Assembly (NCBI GenBank): GCA_034659275.1 | Contig: JAYEGY010000043.1 | Coordinates: 1,517-65,516, forward strand | Source of the DNA: Bacteroidota bacterium | Lineage (GTDB): Bacteria; Bacteroidota; Bacteroidia; Bacteroidales; VadinHA17 | Length of the DNA stretch: 64,000 nucleotides | Direction of reading: 5' to 3' | In this document: positions 48,120 to 58,543 of the stretch, piece after piece | Position numbering within the stretch: position 1 is the stretch's first letter | How the letters are laid out: each line of letters starts with the position of its first letter | Notes under the pieces: model-generated | The model's input: only the letters and a program-made list of their open reading frames with translations | Database searches by the model: none | What the model was told of the DNA's origin: nothing | Translations under genes and position numbers: made by a program

Positions 48120-50735
48120 ATGATGAAGGGATCCAAAGAATATGTCGAAACGCCCCTGATGAAGCAGTATTACAGCATCAAGGAAAAACATCCCGATGCA
48201 ATATTGCTCTTCAGGGTAGGTGATTTCTACGAAACCTTCGGAGAGGATGCCATACGTTCATCGGAAATACTGGGTATAACACTTACCAGGAGGGCCAACG
48301 GTGCGGCTTCATGGGTTGAACTGGCAGGTTTCCCGCATCATGCACTGGATAATTACCTTCCCAAACTGGTCAGGGCAGGGCAGAGGGTGGCAATATGCGA
48401 ACAGCTCGAGGACCCGAAGCTGGCAAAAAAAATTGTTAAAAGAGGTATTACCGAACTTGTGACCCCTGGTGTGTCACTCAATGATAATGTACTCGAACAT
48501 AAAGAAAATAATTTCCTTGCAGCCGTTCACATGCATAAATCAATAAGCGGGGTGGCATTTCTTGATATCTCCACGGGGGAATTCCTTGTTGCTGAAGGCT
48601 CCCAAACCTATGTGGATCAATTACTCAGTAACTTTGCTCCCAAAGAAGTGCTTTTTGAAAAGGGGAAAACGGAGGACTACCGGGAGAGGTTCGGATCAAG
48701 ATATTATAATTACAAGCTGGATGACTGGATATTCCGGATCGATGCTGCCAATGACAGGCTGCTGAAACATTTCGGTACAACGTCACTTAAAGGATTCGGG
48801 ATCCACGGCCTGGATTATGCAATAATAGCTGCCGGGGCTATACTTTATTATCTTGATATTACACAGCATGAAAGGACAGGTCACATAACAGGTATATCCA
48901 GGATTGAAGAAGAAAAATATGTCTGGCTCGACCGTTTTACCATACGTAATCTTGAACTCTTCTCATCACCCTTCCAGGGCGCAAGAACACTGATTGATAT
49001 TATTGACTGTACCACGAGTCCCATGGGCGGCAGGCTCCTGAAAAAATGGATCTCACTGCCGCTCAAGGAAAAAGATACTGTGACCAGGAGGCATGATATT
49101 GTTGAATACATGGTTAAAAATCCCGGTTTCAGGGAAAACATACAGGGACAGATAGCACAGATAGGCGACCTTGAGCGTATAGTATCAAAAATTGCCACAG
49201 GAAGGATCAATCCTCGGGAAATGGTCCAGCTCAAAAGGGCACTCCAGGCTGTGGCACCTGTGAAAGAGCAGTGCGATAAAACTGAATGCCCGGCCCTGAA
49301 AAAGATTTCTTCAGGGCTGAAGCCCTGTGACGAGGCTGTGAAAAAAATTGCCGGTGGAATAAATGATGACCCGCCTGTTATGATTTCCAAAGGCAATGTA
49401 ATATCAGAGGGTGTTTCAAAAGAACTTGATGAACTTAGGGAAATACTGCACTCGGGAAAAGATTACCTCGTTAACCTCCAGGCAAGAGAGAGCAAAAATA
49501 CAGGCACCCCGAGCCTTAAGGTAGGATTTAATAACGTTTTCGGCTATTATATCGAAGTAAGGAATACACATAAGTCAAAAGTGCCATCCGACTGGATAAG
49601 AAAACAAACCCTTGTCAGCGCTGAGAGATATATAACGGAAGAACTGAAGGAATACGAGAATAAAATACTGGGAGCTGAAGAGAAGATACTTGAACTGGAA
49701 CAGGTGCTGTATGATGAGCTGGTATCATTCCTTGCCGGCTTTATCAATGATATACAAATAAATGCTGCATTTATTGCAGAACTCGATTGCCTGCTTTCAT
49801 TTGCACTTGTTTCTGTTGATAATGATTATGTAAGGCCTAAAATTAATGATTCATATACTATTGATATTAAAGACGGCCGCCATCCTGTTATTGAAAAGCA
49901 ACTACCTGTAGATGAATCATATATACCAAATGATGTATGCCTGGATAACCAAGAACAACAGATAATAATACTCACCGGTCCCAATATGTCCGGAAAGTCA
50001 GCTCTGCTCAGGCAAACTGCTCTTATTGTGCTGCTTACACAGGCGGGTTGTTTTGTTCCGGCTTCCTCCGCAAGTATCGGTATTGTTGATAAGATATTCA
50101 CCAGGGTGGGGGCATCGGATAATATAAGCCTTGGCGAATCAACATTCATGGTGGAGATGAATGAGGCCGCCAGCATACTTAATAACCTGTCAGACCGCAG
50201 CCTTATACTACTGGATGAGATAGGGAGGGGTACCTCCACCTATGACGGTATATCCATAGCCTGGGCTATGGTGGAATATATACACGAGCAGCGTGCCAGG
50301 GCAAAGACACTGTTTGCCACTCATTACCATGAGTTGAATGAAATGGAGAACTCCTTCAGCCGGGTAAAAAATTATAACGTCTCAATAAAGGAGCTTGATG
50401 ACAAGGTAATCTTCCTCAGGAAACTAAAAAGAGGGGGCAGTGAACATAGTTTCGGAATACATGTGGCACGTATGGCGGGCATGCCACTCAGTGTGGTCAG
50501 GAGGGCCGATGATGTACTGAAACAGATGGAAGAGGGAAGCAGGGAAAGCGGCATTGCCAAGCCTGTGGGTGATCTGGCTTCCAAACGTGAAGGACTGCAA
50601 CTAAGCTTCTACCAGCTCGACGACCCCGTCCTCAAACAAATAAGGGATGAACTTGTCGACCTCGATGTAAATAACCTTACACCAGTTGAAGCACTCAACA
50701 AACTGTATAACATCCAGAAACTACTACGAAAATAA
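48120..50735 (+). CDS. mutS: DNA mismatch repair protein MutS
   Basis: The mismatch-binding motif is [30 protein letters not shown]. Walker A is [21 protein letters not shown] and THYHEL are also present. A GTG at 48111 is an alternative start. Confidence 0.95.
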   Translation: MMKGSKEYVETPLMKQYYSIKEKHPDAILLFRVGDFYETFGEDAIRSSEILGITLTRRANGAASWVELAGFPHHALDNYLPKLVRAGQRVAICEQLEDPKLAKKIVKRGITELVTPGVSLNDNVLEHKENNFLAAVHMHKSISGVAFLDISTGEFLVAEGSQTYVDQLLSNFAPKEVLFEKGKTEDYRERFGSRYYNYKLDDWIFRIDAANDRLLKHFGTTSLKGFGIHGLDYAIIAAGAILYYLDITQHERTGHITGISRIEEEKYVWLDRFTIRNLELFSSPFQGARTLIDIIDCTTSPMGGRLLKKWISLPLKEKDTVTRRHDIVEYMVKNPGFRENIQGQIAQIGDLERIVSKIATGRINPREMVQLKRALQAVAPVKEQCDKTECPALKKISSGLKPCDEAVKKIAGGINDDPPVMISKGNVISEGVSKELDELREILHSGKDYLVNLQARESKNTGTPSLKVGFNNVFGYYIEVRNTHKSKVPSDWIRKQTLVSAERYITEELKEYENKILGAEEKILELEQVLYDELVSFLAGFINDIQINAAFIAELDCLLSFALVSVDNDYVRPKINDSYTIDIKDGRHPVIEKQLPVDESYIPNDVCLDNQEQQIIILTGPNMSGKSALLRQTALIVLLTQAGCFVPASSASIGIVDKIFTRVGASDNISLGESTFMVEMNEAASILNNLSDRSLILLDEIGRGTSTYDGISIAWAMVEYIHEQRARAKTLFATHYHELNEMENSFSRVKNYNVSIKELDDKVIFLRKLKRGGSEHSFGIHVARMAGMPLSVVRRADDVLKQMEEGSRESGIAKPVGDLASKREGLQLSFYQLDDPVLKQIRDELVDLDVNNLTPVEALNKLYNIQKLLRK

Positions 50736-50864
50736 TTACGCCTGCGTTAGCAGGCTAATTACATAATCGTTACTCACTCATCTTCTGATCATGGGATTTA
50801 CAGTCATAATCACACAAGCAGGTGATTAATGACACTTCTCCGGAAGCTCCACATACTGCATGGT

Positions 50865-51551
50865 TTACCCCTCCTTTAAGAATTGTTCGATATCTTTTAT
50901 TTTGCCATACATTACCAGAATATCACCTTTTTCCAGGACAGTTTCTGATGAAGCCACTCCCTGCACTTTTGTAATATTTCTGCTTGCGCCAAGAATGTTT
51001 TGGCTTTCAATAATTTTCATGGTGGTCAGGATCAAAACTCCAAAATTTTTGATCGAATGAATTTGAGCAAGGTTTTTTCCTGTAAATTTTTCAGGAACCC
51101 TTGCTTCTATTATACTGTATTCAGGGGATAGACTAAAAGAGTCAACAATACCTTTCATGGTGAGTTTTTTTGTCCAGCGTTCAGCCGTTTCTTCTTCAGG
51201 ATGGATTATTTCCTTAATACCCATGGCTTCCAGTATTGTTTCATGAAGTGGTGAAATAGCACGGCTGATAAGCCGTTTAGCTTTATTCTGTTTCATCAGG
51301 GCAGTAGTCATCAGGTTGGCTCCCTCGTCTTCGCCAATACACACAATAACAACATCAGTGTCTTTTAAGGGTAAATGGTTAGCTGCCTGTTGATCACGGC
51401 AATCAAGACATATTGCATAAGTGATTTTTTCCTTGTATGCCTCAACTTTATCCATATTGTTATCAACTCCGATAATTTCATGCCCGGTTTGAGTGAGCTT
51501 TTGAGCTAAAGATGAACCAAAATTTCCAAGGCCTATAATTATATATTTCAT
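50865..51551 (-). CDS. trkA: TrkA/KtrA-type potassium uptake NAD-binding (RCK) protein
   Basis: The Rossmann motif is MKYIIIGLGNFG, followed by an RCK_C domain. Confidence 0.85.
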   Translation of the reverse strand: MKYIIIGLGNFGSSLAQKLTQTGHEIIGVDNNMDKVEAYKEKITYAICLDCRDQQAANHLPLKDTDVVIVCIGEDEGANLMTTALMKQNKAKRLISRAISPLHETILEAMGIKEIIHPEEETAERWTKKLTMKGIVDSFSLSPEYSIIEARVPEKFTGKNLAQIHSIKNFGVLILTTMKIIESQNILGASRNITKVQGVASSETVLEKGDILVMYGKIKDIEQFLKEG

Positions 51552-51561
51552 ATATATTTAG

Positions 51562-53331
51562 TTAGTTAATCAAAATATTTTCTGAGGGATAAGCGTAATC
51601 GGTATATGTGATTTTTTTAATTATAGCTACCAGGATTGTTAACATACTCATCCTTCCGATAAACATAGTAAATATAATTACTATTTTGCTGGCCTCGCTC
51701 AGGTTATCTGTAATACCCAGACTTAAACCAACTGTACTGAAAGCAGAAAAGCATTCAAAAATTATTGGTAAAAATTCCATATCAGTTTCCAATATTGAAA
51801 CTAAAAATATTGAGATCCCAATTATCAATATTGAAAGTGAAATGATGGCAAAAGCTCTGCGAATCGATGATTCCGCAATTTCTCTTCTGAAAATCTCAAG
51901 TCTGTCCTTCCCTCGGGCTACACTTATAAAGTTGAGTATGCTTATTGCCAGGGTGCTTGTTTTTACACCTCCTCCGGTTGATCCTGGAGATGCACCCACC
52001 CACATAAGGAAGATTATTATCATAATTGTGGAAAAATTCAGGGCTGCAGTGTCAACTGTGTTAAAACCGGCTGTTCGGGGAGTCACTGCACCAAAAAATG
52101 CTGTGACTACCTTCCCTATGCCATTATGCTCAGCCAGGGTATTATTATATTCTGACAGGTAGAAAAAAACTGTTCCCGCTATTATGAGGATTAAAGAGGT
52201 AAAAACTACAATACGGGTATTTATATTAATTACCCACGGCATGTGAATACGCTGTTTCTTACGGATGTAAGGTATAGTACGGTTTATAATGAAATGCTTG
52301 AGATACTTATATGAATTGAATAATATGGGGAAACCTATTCCTCCGGTTATAAATAATACTGCAATGGTAAGATGCAATGGATAGTTAAAACGGAATGCCG
52401 GATCGTATAAGCTGTTGGAAAGAGTTGAAAATCCTGCATTACAGAATCCTGACACGGCATGAAAGACAGAAAAGAAAATCTTATCCGGTGTTCCGGTAGC
52501 ATTGCCTTCTTTAAGGAAAATAAAAACAAAAAATGCTCCTATTATTTCAATGACAGCGGTTAATATTATTATCTTTTTCAATGTCTTGAAGACGTCGGCA
52601 ATATCTTCTGTTTTGATTATTTCTTTCAACATTAATTGACTGGTATAGCTTGAGCCGCCTTTGAAAAAATAACTGAAATAACTTGTAAATGTCATAATTC
52701 CCAGCCCTCCTATTTGAACAAGTATAATGATAATAATTTGACCGAATAAGGTGAAATAACTTCCTGTGTCAACCACTATCAGACCTGTTACACAAACTGC
52801 ACTTGTTGATGTGAACAGGGCATCTACCGGGGAGATATTTGTAAATGTCGCATTCGGAAGTAAGAGCAGCATGGTGCCCGTCAGTATAATAACAATGAAA
52901 CTTAAAACAAATAGCTGGGCGGGATTAACATAACTTCCGAGGGAAACAAAGCGTACAACAAATAACTTACGGAATAAAATAAGAATAACCGCAATATAAA
53001 TCCACGTATCAGCATCAAGCACGGGAAATGAAGCCAGTTTGAAAAAATTCAGAACAAGGGCAGTTAAAAATAAAAATAACATTACATCAAAAATAAAGAC
53101 TTTCAGATGCGGTCGATATCTCCTGGCAAAAAGTCGAATTGTTATGAGCAAAATCTCCAGAATTAAAACACAGATATATATATATCGAAAAATGTTTTGT
53201 GTTAAGGCATTTTGATCAAATCCAAAATCAATTATAACAAGAATAACAGCAATTAAACTGATAGTTATCGTGATATTTTTTAATGGCTGCATATACTGCT
53301 TAATTTGAAGGAGTGATACTGTATCCCGCAT
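51562..53331 (-). CDS. trkH: TrkH/KtrB-family potassium transporter with an N-terminal extension of about 130 aa (4 TM)
   Basis: 589 aa. P-loop-like motifs are TSAVCVTG, GFCNAGFS, RTAGFNT and STVGLS. The intramembrane loop is GASPGSTGGGVK. Confidence 0.85.
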   Translation of the reverse strand: MRDTVSLLQIKQYMQPLKNITITISLIAVILVIIDFGFDQNALTQNIFRYIYICVLILEILLITIRLFARRYRPHLKVFIFDVMLFLFLTALVLNFFKLASFPVLDADTWIYIAVILILFRKLFVVRFVSLGSYVNPAQLFVLSFIVIILTGTMLLLLPNATFTNISPVDALFTSTSAVCVTGLIVVDTGSYFTLFGQIIIIILVQIGGLGIMTFTSYFSYFFKGGSSYTSQLMLKEIIKTEDIADVFKTLKKIIILTAVIEIIGAFFVFIFLKEGNATGTPDKIFFSVFHAVSGFCNAGFSTLSNSLYDPAFRFNYPLHLTIAVLFITGGIGFPILFNSYKYLKHFIINRTIPYIRKKQRIHMPWVININTRIVVFTSLILIIAGTVFFYLSEYNNTLAEHNGIGKVVTAFFGAVTPRTAGFNTVDTAALNFSTIMIIIFLMWVGASPGSTGGGVKTSTLAISILNFISVARGKDRLEIFRREIAESSIRRAFAIISLSILIIGISIFLVSILETDMEFLPIIFECFSAFSTVGLSLGITDNLSEASKIVIIFTMFIGRMSMLTILVAIIKKITYTDYAYPSENILIN

Positions 53332-53427
53332 GAGGGTAAGATTACGTTTGTGTTTGCCGTTTTGCTCACTATTAATAAATTAATAGTATACAAATTTAAT
53401 AATATTTAAGTATAATATAATGACTTC

Positions 53428-54195
53428 CTAAAGTCTCCAGAAGCCCCTGGTAAACATGATGAGTATTGGATATATTTCCAGTCGCCCCAGTAGCATCATG
53501 AACGATAGAATGATTTTGCCTGCAGCAGGTAAATGAGCAAAATTGCCTGCAGGACCAACCGACCCTATGCCAGGTCCTATCCCTGCCATGCATGTTGCCA
53601 CTGAACCGCCTGCTGTTTTTATGTCAAGGCCAATAGCTGTCAGCAACAAAGACCCGGCAATAAAAACAATTAAATATATTGATATAAAGGACAGAATCTG
53701 GCTGTTAAACTTATCATCTATCGTCTTCTTATTAATTCTTACAGGTATAACTGCGTTTGGTGAAAGCAATTTTTGGAAAATTATTATCCATGCATAAACC
53801 GGCCATGTGAGATAATCGGCCGTGGTATATCCCGTGCAGGTTAAAATAGAAATTACCTGAAAAAATCCTTCCCTGATGGCCTCCTCAACAGGTTTATGCA
53901 TCTTCAGTATTAAAATACAGGTAATAAGGGTACCGATTGATAATAAGGTAAACAGGTAAAATTTTATTTCTTCATTTCTTTTAAGCTTGCGGAATTCTCT
54001 TTTGAGAATATAATAATGAATAACAAAGTTTGTCCCTCCCAGGATCATAAATAACATTATTATATATTGTATATAGGTGGAATAACCTGCAACACTTGAA
54101 TTTTTTGGTGAAAATCCTCCTGTGGCAACAGTCCCAAAAGCATGGCACACACTTTCAAAAAGATTCATATGGACATTATTCCATACCTTATTCAA
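53428..54195 (-). pseudogene. truncated TrkH-family remnant (C-terminal half only, internally deleted)
   Basis: The 255-aa ORF starts inside the family (ESVCHAFGTVATGGFS) and has the typical C-terminus MLLGRLEIYPILIMFTRGFWRL. It lacks the first membrane-pore-membrane unit. It also lacks the GSTGGG(V/I)K loop that the neighbouring full-length copy has. It overlaps the stop of the upstream CCC-like gene by 8 nt. Confidence 0.55.
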
Positions 54196-56407
54196 TCATC
54201 TTCTGGTTATGGCTGTTCACAAACAGGATCGTTCCCAGTCCCTCATAACCTGAAAATACATCCGTATCATGTTTCAGTGATTCACCTCTGAAGCCTATTA
54301 ATGTGAGTGCGGCATCCTTTGATTTTTCGTTGATCAGTTCCTTGGGATTGACATCGGGTTTCTCTATAATTATTTCAATATTTTTTTCAGTTATCGGGAG
54401 CCTTCCTTCTTTTATTAACTTCTTATTATTTTCCAGCATCTCATCATAGTGCTCGGGCTTACAGATATCAAATATTTTTATGTGTGATTTTTTCCAGTCT
54501 GGATGACCTGAAATAATAAAGCTCAGCATGATCATCAGGTTGGCATTGTACTCATCTATTGATTTAATCCACACATGGATGCCCTGTTTGAATACAATAT
54601 TCTTTTGTGAACTTGCCAGTATGCAAACATCAAAATTACCCGCGTTAACCAGGGCATGGTTTTCCATAATTTCATTCAGCTCTTCAGGTTTTTCCTTGCT
54701 GTATTCAAAAATGACCATGTTGTTTTCCATACCGGAAATGCCGGGTAGCTGTATTGCCTGGGCTATTGCAGATGTATAGGAGGGGGAGATTATGGTATCG
54801 ATATAAACATGATTCTCAATGTGTTCAAAACTCTTAACCAGTCTCTTTAAAGTTTCCTGTGCTTCTGCATGTGTTTTCCTTGAATAGTATCCTTCCAGCC
54901 TGTGGAGGTAGGTACCAAAACCATACCTGAATGATATCCAGTTCAATAACCTGAATGCGGTATCCCTCTCAAAAGAATTTTTTGAGATGCATATTGCACT
55001 TGGCCTCCATTCCTGCTGTATTTTCTTGCTGGCGCTTTTCTGAAGGTAGACTTGCAGGTTACGGTTCAACTGGAACAAAGCATTTGCGAATATTGATTCC
55101 AGTCCCTGCCTGTCTTTGTGGTAATAATTAATATAAGCATACAGCACGATCATAACAATAATGGCAATCAATGCATAGCTTGCATTAATTTTAAACATTA
55201 CCCATAGCGAGATTATAAAACCGGTTAATGAAAGAAACCACTTTGATTTAAATGAGGGTCTGTAGGAAGGGCTTGCACCGAAGTGGTTGAGAAATGATAT
55301 CAGGCACAGTGTGCCGTATGTCACCATGAAGAACATGGATATTATTCCTGCCACGGCATTTACGTTTCCCAGGGCCACAAAAAATAATGCAATTACCACC
55401 GTAACCATGGAAGCATTCACAGGTTCCTGGTCAGTTTTCCTGCCCCTTGAAAGCCACCAGTTCAGTTTGGAGGAGGGGAATGACCGGTCGGCTGCCAGGG
55501 CCTGCAATGTCCTTGGTGCCACCATTACCGATCCCAGGGCCGATGATATTGTTGATGTTGCCAGCCCCAATGGTATGATGACGGAACCGCCAATGGCTAT
55601 CTTACCCATCACAAACTGGTTATTTACCAGTTCGTCAATACTGGCTGATGATGCGAGTTTGAATACAATAAAGAAATATATTATCATCCCCGAGAAGGTG
55701 GCTATTGTAGTGCCCAGGGGTATTGCCCTGGATGGTTTCCGCAGGTCGCCTGACAGGCCTACGCCTGCTGTCATGCCGGTAAATGCGGGAAAGATTATGG
55801 CAAAGACTATGAAAAAACTTTCCTTATTCCTGAATACAGCAGTCTCAAGGGTGTAATTAACTTCCTCGGAATGGTGTGTTGATCCCAGGAAGAATAATAC
55901 CAGTGATAATGCAAGTATGGCTACAACCACGTATAATGCTTTCACTCCCAGGTTAGCACCTTTTTTTAGTATCAGGATAGCAAGTGCTGCCATTGCAGGT
56001 ATTGAAATTGCCTGCCTGGGAAGGACAAAATTATATTCCTCTTGCACGTAATTGAAAAAGAACTCAAACGATTCGGTGAAAGCTATAACATAAAAGGCCA
56101 CGCTTATGGCCTGAGAAAGGAAGAGGGCAATGCCGATGGTCGCCCCTATATTGAGGCCGAATGACCTGCTTATTATAAAATATTCACCACCGCCTTCGAC
56201 ACGTTTATTGGTTGCTATCTCCGATATTGCCAGTGCCGTTGGTATGGTAACCATATGTCCAAGGAGAATCAGAAGTATCACTCCCCAGAAGCCCAGTGTA
56301 CCGACTGCAAAGCCGAAGCGCAGAAATAATATTGCTCCCAGTATGGTAGATATTGCAGTGAAGAATACAGGAGCGGTGCCAAAGCCTTTCTTTCGTGGTT
56401 CAGTCAT
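54188..56407 (-). CDS. APC-superfamily permease of the cation:chloride cotransporter (SLC12/CCC-like) type with a large cytosolic C-terminal domain
   Basis: 739 aa. The N-terminus is GTAPVFFTAISTILGAILFLRFGFAVG...SEIATNKRVEGGGEYFIISRSFG, with 12 predicted TM and a soluble tail of about 270 aa. Confidence 0.75.
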   Translation of the reverse strand: MTEPRKKGFGTAPVFFTAISTILGAILFLRFGFAVGTLGFWGVILLILLGHMVTIPTALAISEIATNKRVEGGGEYFIISRSFGLNIGATIGIALFLSQAISVAFYVIAFTESFEFFFNYVQEEYNFVLPRQAISIPAMAALAILILKKGANLGVKALYVVVAILALSLVLFFLGSTHHSEEVNYTLETAVFRNKESFFIVFAIIFPAFTGMTAGVGLSGDLRKPSRAIPLGTTIATFSGMIIYFFIVFKLASSASIDELVNNQFVMGKIAIGGSVIIPLGLATSTISSALGSVMVAPRTLQALAADRSFPSSKLNWWLSRGRKTDQEPVNASMVTVVIALFFVALGNVNAVAGIISMFFMVTYGTLCLISFLNHFGASPSYRPSFKSKWFLSLTGFIISLWVMFKINASYALIAIIVMIVLYAYINYYHKDRQGLESIFANALFQLNRNLQVYLQKSASKKIQQEWRPSAICISKNSFERDTAFRLLNWISFRYGFGTYLHRLEGYYSRKTHAEAQETLKRLVKSFEHIENHVYIDTIISPSYTSAIAQAIQLPGISGMENNMVIFEYSKEKPEELNEIMENHALVNAGNFDVCILASSQKNIVFKQGIHVWIKSIDEYNANLMIMLSFIISGHPDWKKSHIKIFDICKPEHYDEMLENNKKLIKEGRLPITEKNIEIIIEKPDVNPKELINEKSKDAALTLIGFRGESLKHDTDVFSGYEGLGTILFVNSHNQKMIE

Positions 56408-56502
56408 CTATCTGCAAATTTACGAGTCCTAAATTACTATTTAGCCTGTATTATACAATGACTATGAATATTTATTATTCAGTATTCATTTTCTGGCATA
56501 TT

Positions 56503-56532
56503 TTTGGATAATTTAAAAAAGTGTTATTTTTG
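56503..56532 (+). promoter_or_regulatory. Bacteroidota-type promoter for tRNA-Gly (-33 TTTG / -7 TAnnTTTG)
   Basis: TTTG lies at 56503-56506. After an 18-nt spacer, TATTTTTG lies at 56525-56532, ending 11 nt before the tRNA. Confidence 0.45.
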
Positions 56533-56543
56533 CATTCACAATT

Positions 56544-56616
<73 letters not shown>

Positions 56617-56627
56617 CATCCTGAAAG

Positions 56628-56655
56628 AGGCAGCGATTTATCGCTGCCTTTCTTT
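56628..56655 (+). terminator. intrinsic terminator of tRNA-Gly, with its U-tract split by the intron
   Basis: The stem-loop is AGGCAGCGA-TTTA-TCGCTGCCT followed by TTCTTT. Removing 56656-58543 restores TTCTTTTT. Confidence 0.7.
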
Positions 56656-57031
56656 GTGTGCCATGCACGTTCTTTACCTATAGGGTGCAAGTCCCGAGCG
56701 GGCCGGGTCGACAGGAACCGCTAGCTAAAGGCAAGGGTAGAACCGCGAGGTTCCATCTGAAGGAAGCCGGAGGCAAAGATTAGTTCTGACGAACAGAAAC
56801 AGGATAAAAGGCCTACTGAGGGGTAACCCTGCAATAGAAGGGGAAACCAGACAGTCAACCGTAACCGAGGGTGGTAAATCCTGCAGATCTAATTGAAAGA
56901 GAAAGAACTTACCATGGGAGATCTCAGCACCGAGAGGAGCTGAGAAGTCAGCAGCGGGCATAGTATCCGTTTGGCGGAGAAGGCCCAAATCTTTAAAGCA
57001 AGGAGCAGTTACCAAAGCAGGAGTATAAGCC

Positions 57032-58498
57032 ATGCGAAAGACAGGAAAATATCATGAGTCACCGAAGGACCCCATACTGTGGGGAGAAGGGGATATTGAT
57101 AGCCCAGTGGTTCGGGGCGGGGACGTATACCCCAAGCCAAATGGCCGGGTAAGTTTACAGTGGCTTACTGCGTGCGAGGAAGAACGAGCCTTGACAACAG
57201 ATTTGATGGACAGGATAGCGGAGCTATCAAATCTGACCACTGCCTTAAGGCAGGTAGTTAGCAACGGAGGGAGTGCCGGACTAGATGGAGAGACAGTGAC
57301 TGAGCTAAAGGAATGGTTCAACCATAACTGGCAGAGGTTACAGTCATCCTTACTTGAAGGCAGCTATACTCCGAACGGGGTAAGAGGGGTACGCATACCC
57401 AAACCCAAAGGAGGTTATCGGCAATTAGGCATACCAACAGTTAAAGACAGACTGGTGCAACAAGCGATCAGTCAGGTTCTGAGCAAGAGGTACGAGCCGA
57501 TCTTCTCGGATAATAGCTATGGGTTCCGTCCCGGACGCAACGCTCATCAGGCATTGCAAAAGGCAGGAGAATACGTGGCCGAAGGGTGCAAGTATGTAGT
57601 AGACCTCGACTTGGAGAAATTCTTTGATAAGGTGAACCACGACCGCTTAATGTGGATGCTGGGGACCCGGATCGGAGACAAGCGGGTTTTAAGTTTGGTT
57701 GGCAGGTTCTTACGAAGTGGGATCATGCAGGACGGACTGATGAGCCAGCGACTCCAAGGCACACCTCAAGGCAGTCCGCTATCCCCGCTATTGTCCAACA
57801 TTGTTCTGGATGAACTTGATAAGGAGCTAGAGGCCCGGGGCCACCGTTTTGTGCGCTATGCCGATGACCAGATTATACTGGTCAAAAGCGAGGAAGCAGC
57901 CAAGCGTGTGGAACGAAGCGTTACCGACTATATCGAGACCCGGATGAAGTTAAAAGTCAACCGGGAAAAGAGTCGGATATGTGAACCATGGGAACTCAAC
58001 TTTCTTGGACATAACATCCACAAAGATGGGGGACTTGGGATAAGCCGGGAGAGCCTACAAAGGTTCAAAGCGAAACTGCGACGAATGACCCGAAGAAACA
58101 AGGGCGTAAGCCTTGAACAATTAATACAGGGGCTTAATCCGGTACTTCGGGGGTGGCTGAACTACTTCAAACATGCCAGAATGAAGAATGCTCTGGCAAG
58201 TCTAGAGGCTTGGTTGAGACGCAGGATCAGATGCTACCGCTTAAAATTATGTAAGAGAGCAAGCGGGATTATCCGGTTCCTACGTTCTCGGAACCTTCCC
58301 GACTCACGTATATGGCCACTTATAGGTTGTGGGAGGGGATGGTACCGAATTGCCAATATACATGCCTCTAATGAAGCTATGAACCTTGCTTGGTTCTACG
58401 ATATCGGCTTATTTAGTTTGTCCACTAACTACAGTTCTATCTTTAAGGAAACCGCCCAGTACGGAGCACGTACGCTGGGTGGTGTGAGAGGGAGATAA
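57032..58498 (+). CDS. group II intron reverse transcriptase/maturase (no endonuclease domain)
   Basis: RT0-7 motifs are GSAGLDGETV, RIPKPKGGYRQLGIPTVKDRLVQQA, SYGFRPGRNAHQA, VVDLDLEKFFD, GTPQGSPLSPLLSN and FVRYADDQIILV. The X/thumb motif is LNPVLRGWLNYF. There is no HNH tail. Confidence 0.9.
   Translation: MRKTGKYHESPKDPILWGEGDIDSPVVRGGDVYPKPNGRVSLQWLTACEEERALTTDLMDRIAELSNLTTALRQVVSNGGSAGLDGETVTELKEWFNHNWQRLQSSLLEGSYTPNGVRGVRIPKPKGGYRQLGIPTVKDRLVQQAISQVLSKRYEPIFSDNSYGFRPGRNAHQALQKAGEYVAEGCKYVVDLDLEKFFDKVNHDRLMWMLGTRIGDKRVLSLVGRFLRSGIMQDGLMSQRLQGTPQGSPLSPLLSNIVLDELDKELEARGHRFVRYADDQIILVKSEEAAKRVERSVTDYIETRMKLKVNREKSRICEPWELNFLGHNIHKDGGLGISRESLQRFKAKLRRMTRRNKGVSLEQLIQGLNPVLRGWLNYFKHARMKNALASLEAWLRRRIRCYRLKLCKRASGIIRFLRSRNLPDSRIWPLIGCGRGWYRIANIHASNEAMNLAWFYDIGLFSLSTNYSSIFKETAQYGARTLGGVRGR
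58451..58483 (+). ncRNA. group II intron domain V
   Basis: The sequence is ACCGCCCAG-TACG-GAGCA-CGTA-CG-CTGGGTGGT. It forms a 9-bp lower helix containing a CGC triad, a 2-nt 3' bulge, a 4-bp upper helix and a 5-nt loop. It overlaps the last codons of the IEP ORF. Confidence 0.65.
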
Positions 58499-58543
58499 GG
58501 TCAATTTTATTCTTTATAACTTTGCCCTTATTCCCTACTCGAT

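Larger units (their letters stand above)
56656..58543 (+). mobile_element. group II intron, class C-like (IIC), full length with an intron-encoded RT/maturase
   Basis: The 5' end is GTGTGCC, directly after the terminator. The D1 region carries CTATAGGGTGCAAGTCCCGAGC and CTGAAGGAAGC. The IEP ORF sits in D4. The 33-nt domain V is at 58451-58483, and the D6 hairpin has a bulged A at 58537. The 3' end ...GAT is predicted at 58543 (boundary +/- a few nt). GC content is clearly higher than in the flanks. Confidence 0.8.

Noticed and set aside
50740-50755. Hairpin GCCTGC-gtta-GCAGGC after mutS as an intrinsic terminator
   Set aside because: The stem is short and no U-tract follows, so it was not listed as a feature.
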